NCBI RefSeq assembly: GCF_964204645.1
Contig: NC_134029.1
Span: 4,650,001 to 4,714,000 of the forward strand
Direction of reading: 5' to 3'
From: Tubulanus polymorphus
Taxonomy: Eukaryota; Animalia; Nemertea
Length of the DNA stretch: 64,000 nucleotides
The notes beneath the pieces were generated by a model. It saw nothing but the letters and a program-made list of their open reading frames with translations, searched no databases and was not told the origin of the DNA. A program made the translations under genes and the position numbers. Below, in pieces: positions 25,440 to 39,724 of this stretch (the first letter of the stretch is position 1; each line of letters starts with the position of its first letter).

Positions 25440-28400
25440 ATCAGACTAAGAAATGAGTCTATGAAGGCCATGTTTCGTGCATTTCGTCTGAAGTTGCATG
25501 TTAGAGTGAATGAGAGAGGATTGCAGATGCGGTTTACACTATAGGAAACTAAGTCAATTAACCTTTATAAGTTTTTAAGGACTCTTGACACAGACTCGAG
25601 ATACTTCAACTACAAAAACACTAGAGAGCCTTTTCATGTTTAACACGAACAAAGGTCTCCAACTTCGAGTTGTTTTTTGTTTGTCGATTCAATACTCTAA
25701 AGATTTTGAAATCATTACACGTATGGGCCTCCCTATGTATACAACTTACATATGAAACCCTATACATCAAATACACCGTACCATATACACATCAAATGGT
25801 ATCCCTTCCTCTGAATATGGCTTATTCCCAAATTGAAAGTTTGACCCTAAGTACACACAGTATTGAAAAAAGTATTGTCACCCAAGAACAATCGAGGGCT
25901 GAGGTACATTGTTGGGCTTAGGTCGGAACCCTGCTGATCGCCACGACTTCACAACAGCGCTAATTTCAAACGCAAACCCACGACGCATTGTCCGGCGTTG
26001 ATTTCCTGTGTGATTTTTTTGAAAGATTGATTTCCTCTCATTCTCAGCGGGGAGACGAAAATAATCCAGGCGTTTTATTACCTGAGAAGAATTCCATTAT
26101 GCACATCAGATAAAACGACGCGGCGTTTCTATTTTACTGTTGACAGTTATTAACCAGCGAGAGGAAATTTATTTCCACTGTGTTAACAGGGCAGGGGTCA
26201 CTGGAACAAAGCTACCCAGCCTGTGTTTGCCCACTGGGCTGTTTAGTTTAAGGCTTACGGAGTCAGATTCGCGATGCTTATAGTGTGAAGCCAGGTCACA
26301 GGGATACGCATTGAGCTTCGTTGTATCCCATCTGTCGGTTTAGATGAATGACGTCACACTGTTTGTAAACTAGGCCCGCCATGTTACCGTGCATAGGTTT
26401 TAAGTTTAGTCTATTCTAGTATATTACTAACGGTCAAGTGTTATTATTACGTTATATATGCCCTAACGCTTACGCTAACACAGATTTGTTTGTGATGGTG
26501 TTAATGGTGATGTAAAATAGGTAAACATCGAATTAGTTCAAATATTGACCAAATTCGACATATCATAGGTACGGGCTCTGATCCAATTCAATTCCAACTT
26601 CAAAAGTTAAGATGAAAATTCCATCACAATTTCGCCTATTGTGTAGGTGCACTTGTTTTGGAGAATGTCTATGGCATTTTTTCGTGTAGAGCCGACTAGT
26701 CAATGTGTGCCAGTACAATGCGCTGATTTGTTCGTCCTTTTTTCACTATCGATATTCGTCAGAATCGTCTCTTATTTTCTCAATGCCAGTAATCAACATT
26801 ATTGTAAATAGGCAATCAGGAGTCGACGACGGCGTTTCGTATTGAGATCGCATGGCTAGTCAAATGACCAATATTACAGCTCTGTTTGTACTGTAGTTAT
26901 TGTCATTCCGGGGACTACAGCTGATCACTATCAGCACGGAGAATACTCTTGTCCGACAATTCTTCTGGCTCTAACGACGCATTGATCGTGTCTACGACAG
27001 ATAAAGATGGGTGAACGGCGACAAATCACTCGAGACTGAAAAGAAATGTCAATTTGTAGTTATTCCAGAAATCTGTGGGGATCATTTCATCACCGATATG
27101 AATTAACCTATATATAAATGACCTTCGATCCAGTCCCATATCATATTCGAAACCCTGTGATTAGGAAAGACCTTCAGTATCCAGAAATTGTATATCAAGC
27201 CCTACATCCACCGACCTTTTAGTTTTTTTTATCTTGAGTCATGGACGGGGTTTTATTAAAGAAACCTTGTATCAAACGATTAAAAGGGGCATCAATTCAT
27301 TAACGGTTACAAAGTGGCCTCGAAACGTCCTCGTGCTTTTCACAATCCGCACCATTTTATACACGACAAAAAAAGTTTGTGTGTCGTTAATCGAAAAAGC
27401 CGCCGAGAGAGAAATGAATTCATCAAGATATATTTTCCTTCTCGCTATCATTTTCTCGTCCATCTTCTCCTCGCATTTCCTTCGGAGCCTCTGACCTTGA
27501 ATCGGGGAGATCGAGTTGACCTTGCAAGCGCGCGGAGGAGTAGGTTTTCGGTTGTTGAGGAACGTCTTCGATAATTACTGTTTGTATGCGATTTCCATGG
27601 TAACTTCTGTACTTACTTGAAACGGAGATTGTAAAAGGAACGGGATGACACTAGAAACGAGTCGAGTGAGGCCGTTATTAAAAAATCTCCCCTACAAATG
27701 AACGGTTGCCGTCTGCACAATTATCGATTTCTCGTAGAGAGTTGAGGCAGATAACACCTTTTGAACGTACTGCTATTCTCGACGTTATAAGAGGTCGCAT
27801 TCTGTCGTAGATAGTTTTTGATCTAGACGACGCGCGGAAAAAAGATGAGAACCGTTGAGACGACTCCAGTGTCGCCTCCAGGGAACAGACGCGAATGTAT
27901 AAGCAAGAAGAAAAACTTATCGCCCCACTTTTTCGAAATACCGTCAGCAGTGTCTTCAAGCCAGGGTAGCAGTGAATTTCTGAAATTAATTTCAGCTTTA
28001 TTTGGTCTACAAATGAAAATATGGCACCTTTAGATGTTAACTATGTGAAATACATATTATGAATATTGGCATTATTTTGACGACCATCAAAGCGAGCCAT
28101 TCTCGAAGATCGATAGAAAAAAGTTTCACGGTTCTATAAATTCTAGAAGCACATTGATTTGACCATTTAACATTTCAACATTTATATGTTTCCATGTATA
28201 AGCGTTTCGTTTCCATGTGTATAGTGAAACCCAAATCGAACAAATAACCGTCGAAATGGGATCATGAGGTTTTCCCATTGCCCAGACAATATTCCGAGTA
28301 ATTACCCACGTTTCGACTAGTGATTCACATTTGCGCATTTGCAGCATTAACGAACTCCATTTAATATGAAAACTAATATCCTATAACGTTATGTGTACGA

Positions 28401-31359
28401 GAGCTTAAAATGCGTCGGTCTTTATCTTATAACACCTGAAGTCAATATTTACAGTAACTCGACGCAGTTCTTGGTATTCTGCCCGTGACGTGATATGTGG
28501 TCAACTTGTCAGATAATGCTGTTTGTAAATATATAGGTATCTGTATATATGACACACGCAGAAATTCCTATCCTACACGGATACTGAATCATATTGTACA
28601 TATGCTTTAATTAAAACTTTTACACTGGACATACTTCAACAGTTTTGCGTGAGATTTGACTCTAAACTCAAAACATTGAAAATGAACCTATTTTAACTCT
28701 TAATCTCACAACAGCAGAAATAGGTACTGGTGATTTATTTTGTTTCCTTCGCCCTAGAAGACTTAGTCATATGGTAAAAGAAAGAACAAGCAATTGCGTC
28801 CGATCCTCGTCTATTACAAGTTACCGCCATTAAGTCTGGCATTTTTTTCCTTTCTGAATGGCGCACCGTGCTCTGACGGCGCGCAGGAGTTGCCCATTCA
28901 CGAAATCGGAGCGTGACCGCAAGAAAGTTCTGAAGATGGACTGGGAGGTTTGTCGACGAGATTGGATTCTGTTTGCGGAGATGCATTTGTAAGGATTGTA
29001 TTGTAAACGGTAAAGAATGATTGTTGTACCTAGAAGAGGTCTATTATCGAATATAAGTGGTTCAATCCCGTTATGAGTGAAAAGCGATTTCTATTTGATT
29101 AAATAAAAGCACAGTTTTGTTGTTGGTCTATTTCCGAGTATTGATTCGATGTTTCTGTGTAAAAACGTTCAACGATACGCAAATAAAAATACGCATGAGA
29201 TATATTTGCTAATAAACTTACTTAAAAAATCGTTTTCATTGACCTGGCCGTGTTGCTATAAAGACTTCTACTTCAACATCTTCCGGCCCGTTCGAAACTC
29301 CGCATTGTTCCAGATATAATTCTTATTTCAAAATACATACCGAAATGAAAGTTTTTCAAGTGCTTCCCTATGAAATTGAATACAGATCTGTGAATGATTA
29401 TGATTAGAATATTAATTTCCTCACACAAGTTAACGGTATTCTTTGTCCGTTCCAGAAAGCGCGATGAATCGCTGGATTATTCTTTAATTTGGACGGGCGC
29501 TCATAGAAAATCATGCCGAAAAACTCGGACGAAATCGGTCCGAGGTAAGCGAAGTTCGAGCTAAAGATAAGAAAAAACGTTAGGAGGTCAGAATATAATT
29601 TCGTTTTTGTTCGAGTTAGTAATAACTCCGAGTTGGTCATGTCCGAGTTTCTGGTATACGGCTGGATTGCGCTAAATTTCTACGCGGAAAGTTTGCCTTG
29701 TCGCTCAGTATAATCTACCAATCCTCGCCATTTCCCTCGTATCTGAAGAGACTCATTTTCCGTTTCATTGGTTCTGGTTTTTAGCGTCGTCTCATGCCGC
29801 GCCGCGTCATCTCGAACATACCCGTCATAGATCGCCATCCTCTTACACTCGACTGAGCATCGGAATTTTCACCCGTCGCCAATTGTTGCATCCAATTTTC
29901 CGATGCGTCCGGGAATTAGCGATAACCACCTCCGTTAATTCGACTGATTCGTGCGTACACGGCGATGCCGGCTAATCACTCGTTTCACGCGACCACGCAT
30001 TCGTTTTTTAAACAGATACCCGTTCAGGCCAAAATATCGATATATCGCGTTTCTATGGCGAGCGCTTTTACGCCTCGGCGGTTCACGAAATGGGAGTGTT
30101 TTCATAAACTACGTTTACGAACGAATCCGCCGCGTGAAGTAGTCATCGATTACCAATCGGTGGCTGCGATTTTGAATAAAAAACGCTTCGATATTAAGTC
30201 GTTTTGGCCTTAACGCCACAATTTTGGTCACGAATCGTCGCCGTGGTTATCAGTGAAAAGTGTTGAACATCTGATGAGAAATTCAAAGCATGTAATAGGC
30301 TTAACCGACGCGAATTTAAGCTTACAAATTGAAGCGGCTAACCGTTGATCGCTAGAATGGACAATATGCATGGATTTTCGTGTCATAAACGAAGTCGAAG
30401 TCGTTGGGAGCGACGCCGCTTCTGTGGCGGAGGTGATTGACAAAATCCAATCATAAAACCGCTTGTTGGTGATTGGACATGGGTACGCGCGCTGAATTTT
30501 ATCAGTCGTTTAGACGCGTTCGCCGCCAACCGTCATGATTTTCGTTGATTTGGTTTCTTTGTCGGTGAAGTTTTCGGTCGAAGTCTCGACGACCTGACGT
30601 GCGCGCGCGTATCGACGAAACTAATCCCTCAATTCAATGCGATTTCTTATCTATGAAATAGAGTTTGCCCGGCGCGACGCGCGATCGATCGAGCAAATTG
30701 GAAAACGAATTTTTCTTAGCCGAAGTTCGAAACTTCGTATAGACTTTCCGACGTCGAACAACAAGCCGCTAACTCGCGAGCCAATGAATCAATTTCCAAG
30801 TTGTTGATTGTCTGTTGAATTTCTTGGTTCTGTATCAATTTATGTCAATCATATACTGTAAAATGAGTAGTAGTTTATAAGTTGGTGTCCACTTTCATTC
30901 CTTGTATTGCTCTTTGTTTGACTGGTATCACCCAGCAACGTGATTCCTGAGTTACGATTTTACTAATAAACTAATTCTAACGCTAGCGCACTGTGAAACT
31001 GGGTCCATGCCACATTTCCCTTGTTCAGAGATTAAAGCGCCTCTCGCTTTGAGACTGAATTCATTACGATGAAAATCGTTTTCTCGTGGTGGAATAGAAT
31101 GATCACGTTGACTCGAATTAATGAAAGGTTCGTCGCTGGCGGTTTTATCTTGGTTTGGCTCTTCCATAATTGTCTATCTATTTAATCCCCGTGATAATCA
31201 GCCTTGTCTTAAAATGCACTCTCTGAGACTTTGAAGAGATGACTCAAACATGATGTGGCTGGAGTTTGTTTAAAAAAACGCCAGCTCGCTTCAGGTTACA
31301 TATAACCCGACTTATCGACGATTTTTTTTAAACTTCAAGTGTATTTACTAAGAAGCGTG

Positions 31360-31404
31360 AGTACTGACGAGTGACGAATTGTCACGGAATCCTATTAAAA
31401 TACT
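31360..31404 (+). other. Hammerhead-like motif with intact CTGACGA core and perfect stem II
   Basis: AGTA-CTGACGA-GTGAC-GAATT-GTCAC-GGAA...TACT; GGAA replaces GAAA and stem III is poor. Confidence 0.35.
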
Positions 31405-32326
31405 GCATCTTGAACTGGCCGGAAAAATCTGCGCAAAAAATTAACAGAAATACGAACAGGTGTTATTTATATAGGAAGCTTTTACCAATCTGTTTTACAT
31501 TAAGGGGTAGAAGTTTACCTTCTTCCTGAAGCTTCACCAAACACTCTCTTTTTGTCACTTTCGTGGAATTGTGTATTCTATTGAATTGAAATTTGAATTA
31601 GGAAATGTAAACATATTCTATCGTCATTTATCTATCAATGCGCTGGTTGTTTTCAAAAAGCTGCTCTTAAAGTTCGACGCTCGCTGTAGATTTAGAAGGC
31701 AATGCTCGCAATAATCTCTGCAAACAAATTGGAACAATACATAGACCGACTAATCGTATTAACGGTCTCTCGAGGGGCTCCAGTTTCCCTCCCTCGCTAT
31801 CTCCGCCTCCACTAAGTAATGTATTACATATACATCATATATATACAGATATATATGAGTATTAATTTACTAAATTCTCCCAAGAGTGATTAACGATAGA
31901 GATTTACTGAAAGCTTTGGCTTAATATATGGCTTGATACATTGAGTCCGAGGCCCGCAGACGGATTTATGATTGGAGGCAGTATCAAAATTAGGAGACCT
32001 ACGGTAAAAGTTTCATCTGTTGAGCTCTGTATAAAACAGCCCAACGAAACAGAGACAGAAACGTGTTTCCGAGCGTTTCCCTATGTCGTGTGCGTCGGGC
32101 TTCTCCAGTGCAGTTCTGCTCTTCTCAAGACACAGGACATGGAAACCTTCCTATTGGCATATATTCACCTTAGTTTTCTGCCTCTAGACCATGCCCGACC
32201 GCACTATCATTACGTTCCAGAGCGAGCTGCACTGTTTTTAAAATAAACTGACAGTAACCTCAATGTTATTTCGCTCTGATAGTGATACAGGAAAGCTCTT
32301 CATGTTGTTTCACTTGTATCTTTCAG

Positions 32327-32379
32327 ATAGAAATCAAGATAGGCCGCGAAAATATCGTTCACACACAACAAGAACTAAG
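32327..32379 (+). other. Candidate 53-nt internal exon (probably 5' UTR)
   Basis: Acceptor TGTTGTTTCACTTGTATCTTTCAG| and donor AAG|GTAAAT; no transcript evidence available. Confidence 0.4.
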
Positions 32380-35300
32380 GTAAATTCACAATGCAAAAGA
32401 ACTATTTCGTCTTTTTTGGCGTAACGTAGCATTTTCCGGATATTTCCGAAGAATTACGTTTCGCGTCATGCTTTTCCATGCTCTATATGCAAGCCACTTT
32501 TATTGGCCCGTATAAACACGAAATATTTTCACTAATCAACCAATTAGCAATAAGAGCACGAAAAGCGTTTGTTCTATCAAGAATTATCTATATTCCGAGC
32601 TCATTTGAGTTGCTCTTTCAACGATTTCTCAATCCCGATAAACAATCAACAAGCCTGATAAATGAAGATCTTTCGGTCGCCAGACGAAAAGATAAATCAA
32701 CAACAGATATATGTAAAAACTGTACATTGTGAGAGCAATTGATTTCCTTTTCGTGAACTTTGTGTCGGTTATATGCGACTGCTACAAAACATTTGATCGA
32801 TGATCATAAATAAATCACTCGCGGCTTCGTCTTGACGGGACTTCGCCATCAGCCAGTTCATTCTCCGCTTTCACCCTTGCACAAATTGCACATGACAGGT
32901 TATTTTCATTTGCGCGACATAAAGCGCCGATATTAATGAGCAATAGGCTAACAGAATTAACCCGTGGCCAATTGAACCGTGATTAGCGGCTGCCAAGTAG
33001 CCGTATTCGCTTTCTTACCAACCGCGAGAAGTGGTAAGCAGTATATTTTTTTATTTGATAAGCATCATCGCAATGTCGATGATCGACGTTCTACTGTTTT
33101 ATATACACTGATGATAAGAATGAAACATTCAGAGGAAGCTGGCACTTCAGTTTGTTATATAGGAGAATTTCATCAGTTCACGGGAGTGTAGGGATGATAC
33201 AAGTGCGTTTATACGAAATATTGGGAAGTATGGTCGCTGTCACTCTCGCTTGCCAGGGTTTGATTGCTTCCCGGAACCACAATCCAAACCCTGAGTAACC
33301 ATGATGTCGCTGTGGGCTTCGGTCGCAAATATTATGTGTTACCCACTTTAAATTGCACGAGCCCATCGATGCTTAGGGGCGTACGGGGCCATACAAAACA
33401 CGAACCCTTAGCAAGCCCAATAAAGTCCGAATAGACGAACTATTTGTCGGTGATTTAGGGTAGATCATAGTACACAACGGCTACTCCTCGACAGATGCAT
33501 TCACAGACGTTGGTTTCATGTAAACATATTTCAAATCAACGTAATCCTTATTTGTAACCATGGACTTACAAACTAGAAACTAAAAAATCCATACGAACAT
33601 ATTCCTTGTAAAATACTGAACTTTATTCTACTTCTGGGTCTCCTCATAACGTGTGACATTTTTCAGATGTCGCTCGTCGTCGAATTGATCAATGTTTTTA
33701 GGTTTATATATAGACGTTTTTGATTGATTGTAAACCGTTTGAATCTTTTGAAGTGAACAGCCGTAAAATGTTACATTTAAAATAGCGGCTTTTTAAGCTG
33801 GAGGGTTCGCGACGCGCTCAAAACTGGGGCTCAACGATATCAATTGACAAACAGATCGAACGAACAACACGTGAAGATGAATCTAGAACCATCTGCTTTA
33901 AAGTGGTCGATAAAACCTGTATGTGGCCGAGGCGAATATATGGAATCGGTTTCTTCTTTCAAAATGGAAATCTACTCATAATTCAAACTCGAAACGCGGT
34001 TGGACGAAAAGAAGCGTGAAGACATCGATTACTTGAACAGAGTTTTTCTGGAAAGATCTTTGAAGTTCATATCTAAAAACGCTTCGTGAAAAAGATGGAC
34101 ACGAATTGCGTTCTACCCAACACTCTTTTTCTTTGGTCTTGCGAGATTGTATCTTATACCACAGCTTGGAAGATAATTGCTCCAAGACTACAGATTGCGT
34201 CTTTGAAATAACTAAATTACGATATAAGTGGAATCGACAAGTTGAGATGGCAAGTTATCGACTTGATCACTTAATAACCGCTAACTAACCCCTAAAATCT
34301 TAATTACCAGAACTAGCCACACTTATACATCAATTTCACGACTTTTTGTCTTCGCTCAGTTCATTAAGATGATTAGCCACTAGTATAGTGTCCAACGAAT
34401 CGAAATGCGTAAACTATTGTCTTGTTCAACCGGTCAAAGTGCAATTTGTACTTGAATAACAGATGGACAAATGCGAGCTTTTATCGAGATCACCCATATA
34501 CCTGGACAGATAGTTTTTTGAATATAGGTAGAAGTGATGCATTATTCCCATGGCACTGGTCAGAAAAGGCTTAAATCTAGTGATTTTGGTTTAACGGGGT
34601 CCCGAACTCTACTGGGGGCTCAGAACAACACGTATTCCGTTCTATTTACTCGCACTTTATCCATTAATAGTCTATCTGAGTCGTAACACTTAGAAACTAT
34701 TGTCGCCATTGTATGGAAAACATGTTCTTTCCACGATAAAGCATAGGTCATCTTAGACTGAATTCGAGTGTGTATGTATCTAACACGTTTCTGCCTGACT
34801 AAGCATTAAAAGCCCGTAAAAGTGAATGTTCAATTTGTACTACACTCTTGCAATATAATTCTTATACAAATAAAGTTTTTGTAATTACAAAGGCGCGACC
34901 TTGGGCTAATTGATTATTGATTGATCAATAGTCTCTGACGTAAGACGTAACTTTCGCGGTCATCCTTTATCCTGTCGTTTTTGTAGGCGTAGACGTGATA
35001 TCCCCGGGCCAAAAATTCGGATGTTTAGTGACCCACCCACACCGCCTGGCGTTTGTATATTCTAGTTTACATATATTCCATGTGTGTATATTGTTTATAC
35101 CTAGAGGAATGAACAATCCCCAATCCCCAAACCCATCCCATGAAAAACAAAATCTACTTATTCGAAATAATAGAATAAAAGGATTCGCCAGGTCCTCTTC
35201 GATAGGATAGTAATAAGAATATTTGAAAATAAAATACTTTCTGTTATTACAAGTTTGACGGAAGCATTTGAAGAATAAACTACATAGTGAAATTCCTGGT

Positions 35301-35399
35301 ATTCAACTAAAAGTCTTATCACAGATGATTATTCATCCTACGATTAAATCAGGCCTATAGACACGGAATCGTGTCGACTCTCTCTATTAAGAGTTCGGG

Positions 35400-35732
35400 T
35401 CACTCCCACTTTCCATTCCGCTGGCGAGGTCGATTGTCGCGAGCATCACGAGCAGCAATAACACGCTTCCACCCCGCAGCGAGTCGACGGTGAACTCGCC
35501 GGCATTCAGCTCGCTCGCATTCACACAACTTGCATGAGTTGCCTCCAGTTCAGTCGCTTGTTCGCCGCGCCGCAGCCGCGTTCCATCACACATCAACTCA
35601 AAACGCTTTTCACATAGTTATAGGATTTATATATGTCGTTGCATATTTATCAAACTTTTTAATGGATTCTTTATGCAACTTCGATTGATAAGTAACGTAT
35701 CGTCAATGAAAAGGATTATTTATTTATTGAAG
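35400..35732 (+). promoter_or_regulatory. Candidate Pol II promoter / first exon
   Basis: Locally GC-rich block with Inr-like TCAGTC at 35550-35555, then donor-like AAG|GTAGGA at 35732/35733 and a T-rich intron-like stretch. Confidence 0.3.
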
Positions 35733-37897
35733 GTAGGAACATCTTTTTGAAATCTTTGTTTTCATTCACAACTGTTGCATATCACTTGGCTAGAACTTTA
35801 TATCTTTGCTGAGTTATCATTTTTTTTTCATTTTTCGTATTCACTATTGTTTTGTGGATTTTCAAAACAAGTTGAAACGTTGAACTTACAGGATAAATGA
35901 TGATTTAGGTCTTAACCAAACATGACAACGATCAACTATCTAAGCTAAATACGTGATTAGACTGCTGTAAAGATGAGTTTTTTTCCATGAAAATGTTTCA
36001 TGCATATACTTTATATATACATGCCTTTTGCACGGGATAGAAATCAGATCAATAACATAGAGGGGGTCATCGTGTATGATTGAAATTTTCCATTCCTTCG
36101 ATTCTTGCATTTCATCTGAGAACCTGAAAAAGCTATTCTCAAATTAAATGGGCGGTATTTGCCCCACCTATAAACCTAATGCATTATCTATAGCAGGGGA
36201 TTTATTTGTCCAGGAACCTAATCAGTTAAGACCGTGTATATCTGAGAACTTGTCGCCTATATAATCAGTAATTACGTAACGACAGCGCATACGACTACGC
36301 AACCAGCTGATTAAACTGTAATACTAAACCATAAACTCCAAAATGAGTCGACGATTAAACCTAATCCGCTTCTAGAGTAAGGTCAGCATACTATGGTCAT
36401 CTCGGTTTTAAGTAAGCCCCGATAAAATGAAAGTCATCACCTCAGACCATCTAAAAATAATACCATGCGTTGATATTTTTTAAAGAAATACTTATTTGTT
36501 CATGCATTTTCATACGGGAAGACTAATACGTAGCGAATCTATACATCTCTTACCTATTGAGATAAAACCGCGGAATCTCTATATACACGTCAGACAAACC
36601 TAACAGTATCTGCATTATTTACGATCCGATAATTCGCTTGTAAACTTGAAGCAAACGCATACTGGTTTCTCAATAGAGACTTTCTGCGAGACAGAAGGGC
36701 ATTAAAATCTGTAAACCGAACTACTAACTACAAACCCGGATACTGCGGAGTCTGGTTCGGTTATTTATACATGGTAGAATGTATCGAAAGTCTGGTGTCT
36801 GTTTCTGCTTTCAGCGAATACATTAAAATGTACTTTTAAATTCATAATGTTTAACGCATAGCCTGTTAATCGATAGTTCGTTATATACAGTATGAAATAA
36901 GCATTCAGCTAAAAATTGCCCGGTTTTTAACTCATAAATCGGTATTTTTCTCACATATCTAAGAGCGAGCTTTGTAGTAATGACGATAAAAACAGATGTT
37001 TCGCTGTGAATCGCTGCGTAAATAACTGATCCTGCGCTTCCTATTAACCCAACTCTCCGGTATAGGCTCCATTTAATTAGCGCCGACAATCGAACGATTG
37101 TCTTATCAGGTCTGAGTGATTTTGTCATTGTATACGGCGGCTATTTCCTGTTTTCGCGATGAAAACGTGGGAAAACTGTGAAAATTCGCTCTTGAATATG
37201 TTTATCGGCACTTACTGCTGCGGATAGACTGCAGCATCGATATATAGCGCCGGATCCGGAGGCCTTTCTGTATCGGGTTGGATTAGCCGGATTTCTAAAT
37301 CGACTGTAGCATGTCTGAGAAACCGAATTCCGATAGATGCGAGAAGATGATAGCTTATATATAATAAGATAACCGTAAAAACATCTTACTGATTCTGCTT
37401 CTGTATATCAAATCGGAGAGGGGGGGGGGGGCAGTTTTATGAGCCATTTCTTATTTCTTATCTTGAAGTAGGGAATTGTCCTTTTGATATAGGTTGATTT
37501 GATGCGCTATGCTCTTGTTTGCGTATCCCTCACAGACCCACCAAACCAGGGTGTTATAGCCATTTTAAATGAGGTCTACAATAACCGATCATGTACTTCG
37601 AATTCCGATTTCAAAATAAAACCCATTTCGCCCCCGGTTGGTGCGGTTGATCTGGAAGGGACACCGACCAATCAAATACACGAGGGACAATTCCCAATTT
37701 CAAAAACCGAGCCCACTCGGCGAAAGTTTTATCGGTTCTACAGTTACTGGTTAAGATTTCGAATCCCCGCGAGATGCACCCATGCATGTCTGGCGTATTC
37801 GATCGACCCCATGCAGTTCTCGGCGGGTAGCGCATGTTAAGATGTACCGCCACTTTGAATCAGCGGCAGCCTTGAAGAGAAGCTGTCGATATTTACC

Positions 37898-38032
<135 letters not shown>

Positions 38033-38720
38033 CAGCAATCAATAATATAATTAATATATATACAAGCAATCAGTAATATAGACGTGTTGACAGGTGCTCA
38101 TTTTCAAATCATCGAATCGATACGTTCTGCAGTACGATGCGAGAATTTGACCAGTTCGTTGCCCTGAGAACCACGAGATTAGTTCAGGTGCGAGGGATAT
38201 TGAAATCGCGTCTATATTAAAGGTATCGATATCGATTTCAATACGATTTCAACGAGGTGTCCGCCATTGAATCCAGATGTTAATTGACCACTTTATTCTC
38301 AGAAGACTGTCGTAAATGTGTTTAATAATGGCGACACCCGCTGAGCGGTAATGACCGTCAAATATGTGAAACTTATTGAAACAATGATACGCGTCGACGC
38401 GAACAATGCGCGCTTGAATCAATCGAATTTATGAATATGATTCTGAGAGATTGTCTGCTAGATTATCGTCCACGGTATGTCTAGGAGTGTTACATCATCT
38501 ATCAGTTTGTTCCCGGGTATCTAACATGGTAAGGTGATAATTCTAGATAGGAGAATGATCCGATCCCTCTAAACTAACCATTGTTCATTGACTTGCTAAG
38601 GGGTAAAGAACAGGCTATATGGGGGTGACTCTCGAGGGTGTCAAATTTCTGCTCCAATAATCGCCATTTTCCAGAAATGTCCCAAAATCGTTAATGCTAT
38701 TAAGCGGCGGCTGGACGTTC

Positions 38721-38753
38721 CCGAAGAAGAGGCTTTAAGGCTCGAAACTGTTC
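38721..38753 (+). other. Decayed minimal hammerhead-like motif
   Basis: CCGAAGA-A-GAGGCTT-T-AAGGCTC-GAAAC-TGTTC; one core substitution and 6/7 complementary stem II. Confidence 0.35.
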
Positions 38754-39724
38754 TTCCTCGGCGGAAGAGCTTCCTCTTCCCCGATGATATTTAACGCGCG
38801 GGACAGTCTACCCCGGCTTCAAATCCGCGCGGTTCCTTCCACTTCCCGAACACGTGTTTTCTCAAGTCGTTTAGTTGGCTAATAGTCTCCCTGGCGTGTA
38901 TGTAACTCGTTTGGGCTATATGCAAATTCCGTCACTGCGTCGTTTTCGTGACACGAGCGATGTACATATTCCAAACATGCTTGTGTTAACATTTTGTCGG
39001 CGTTTTTGAGCTCGTCCCCCGACGCTTCCGAACAATCAAACCGTTTGCTAGAACCGACGCAAACGTATAATACCGAATAGTTATTATCTCTGCGCTCGCA
39101 GTGGTGATGGATGGTTAACGTCGTACCTACGCTAACAGCGTTAATTCCACGTTTTGCTAGTAAAACCCCCTGGTCGGCCATAAAACAGAACGGTCGCCGC
39201 TTATCGGCTTATCCTACGGCCGGTCTTATTGAAAATGGCCAGCCATTGCTGCCATCACGCCCGGCCAGGATTGAGAGCTTATGGTTATCTGTAGACCTTG
39301 CAAATCACCGAGAAGTAGAGCGGGTGGACAGCGCGCCCTTTATTTTGAAATATTAAAATAGATAGATTGAAAAATCATTTTCTTAAGTGCCGAAATTATC
39401 ATTTGGGGAACTTGAACGCGCAATCACGAGATCAGACTGCGTATCAACGGCAGAAAAGAAATCTTCTTTCAGCCGAGATTGGTTCTATGTTTTTATGATT
39501 GTCACCCGGTGATTCAGCTTGTCGGGAAATAGTGACTGTTAAAAGCTAATTCCATTCGGAACGAATTTACTATACTGATGACAATTTAACATTGTGTGTG
39601 AAAATGACGAGGCTCGTTACGGTTTGAATCGTCGCGTAGTAACTGCAGATTGCGCTGAGTTCTGATTGTGAACAGTTTGCAGGAACCGGTATCGTCTTGA
39701 ATCCACGTTCAGATGCTTTACCTG

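Noticed and set aside
27591-27604. RFX X-box-like motifs (ATTTCCATGGTAAC; also 16384-16397)
   Set aside because: Imperfect, not near an evident promoter, and overlapping the CCATG|GT pattern produced by transposon ends.
27272-27959. Purine/pyrimidine-skewed block with several overlapping ORFs
   Set aside because: None of the translated frames I read resembles a known protein; no consistent splice sites.
29456-29544. Possible 89-nt + strand exon (TTCCAG| ... GAG|GTAAGC)
   Set aside because: Splice signals are plausible, but it adjoins MITE-like CCGAGTT repeats and gives no recognisable peptide; such pairs arise by chance in 64 kb.
31740-31772. CATAGACCG...CGGTCT imperfect palindrome as another footprint
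   Set aside because: No flanking direct repeat and the right end is degenerate.
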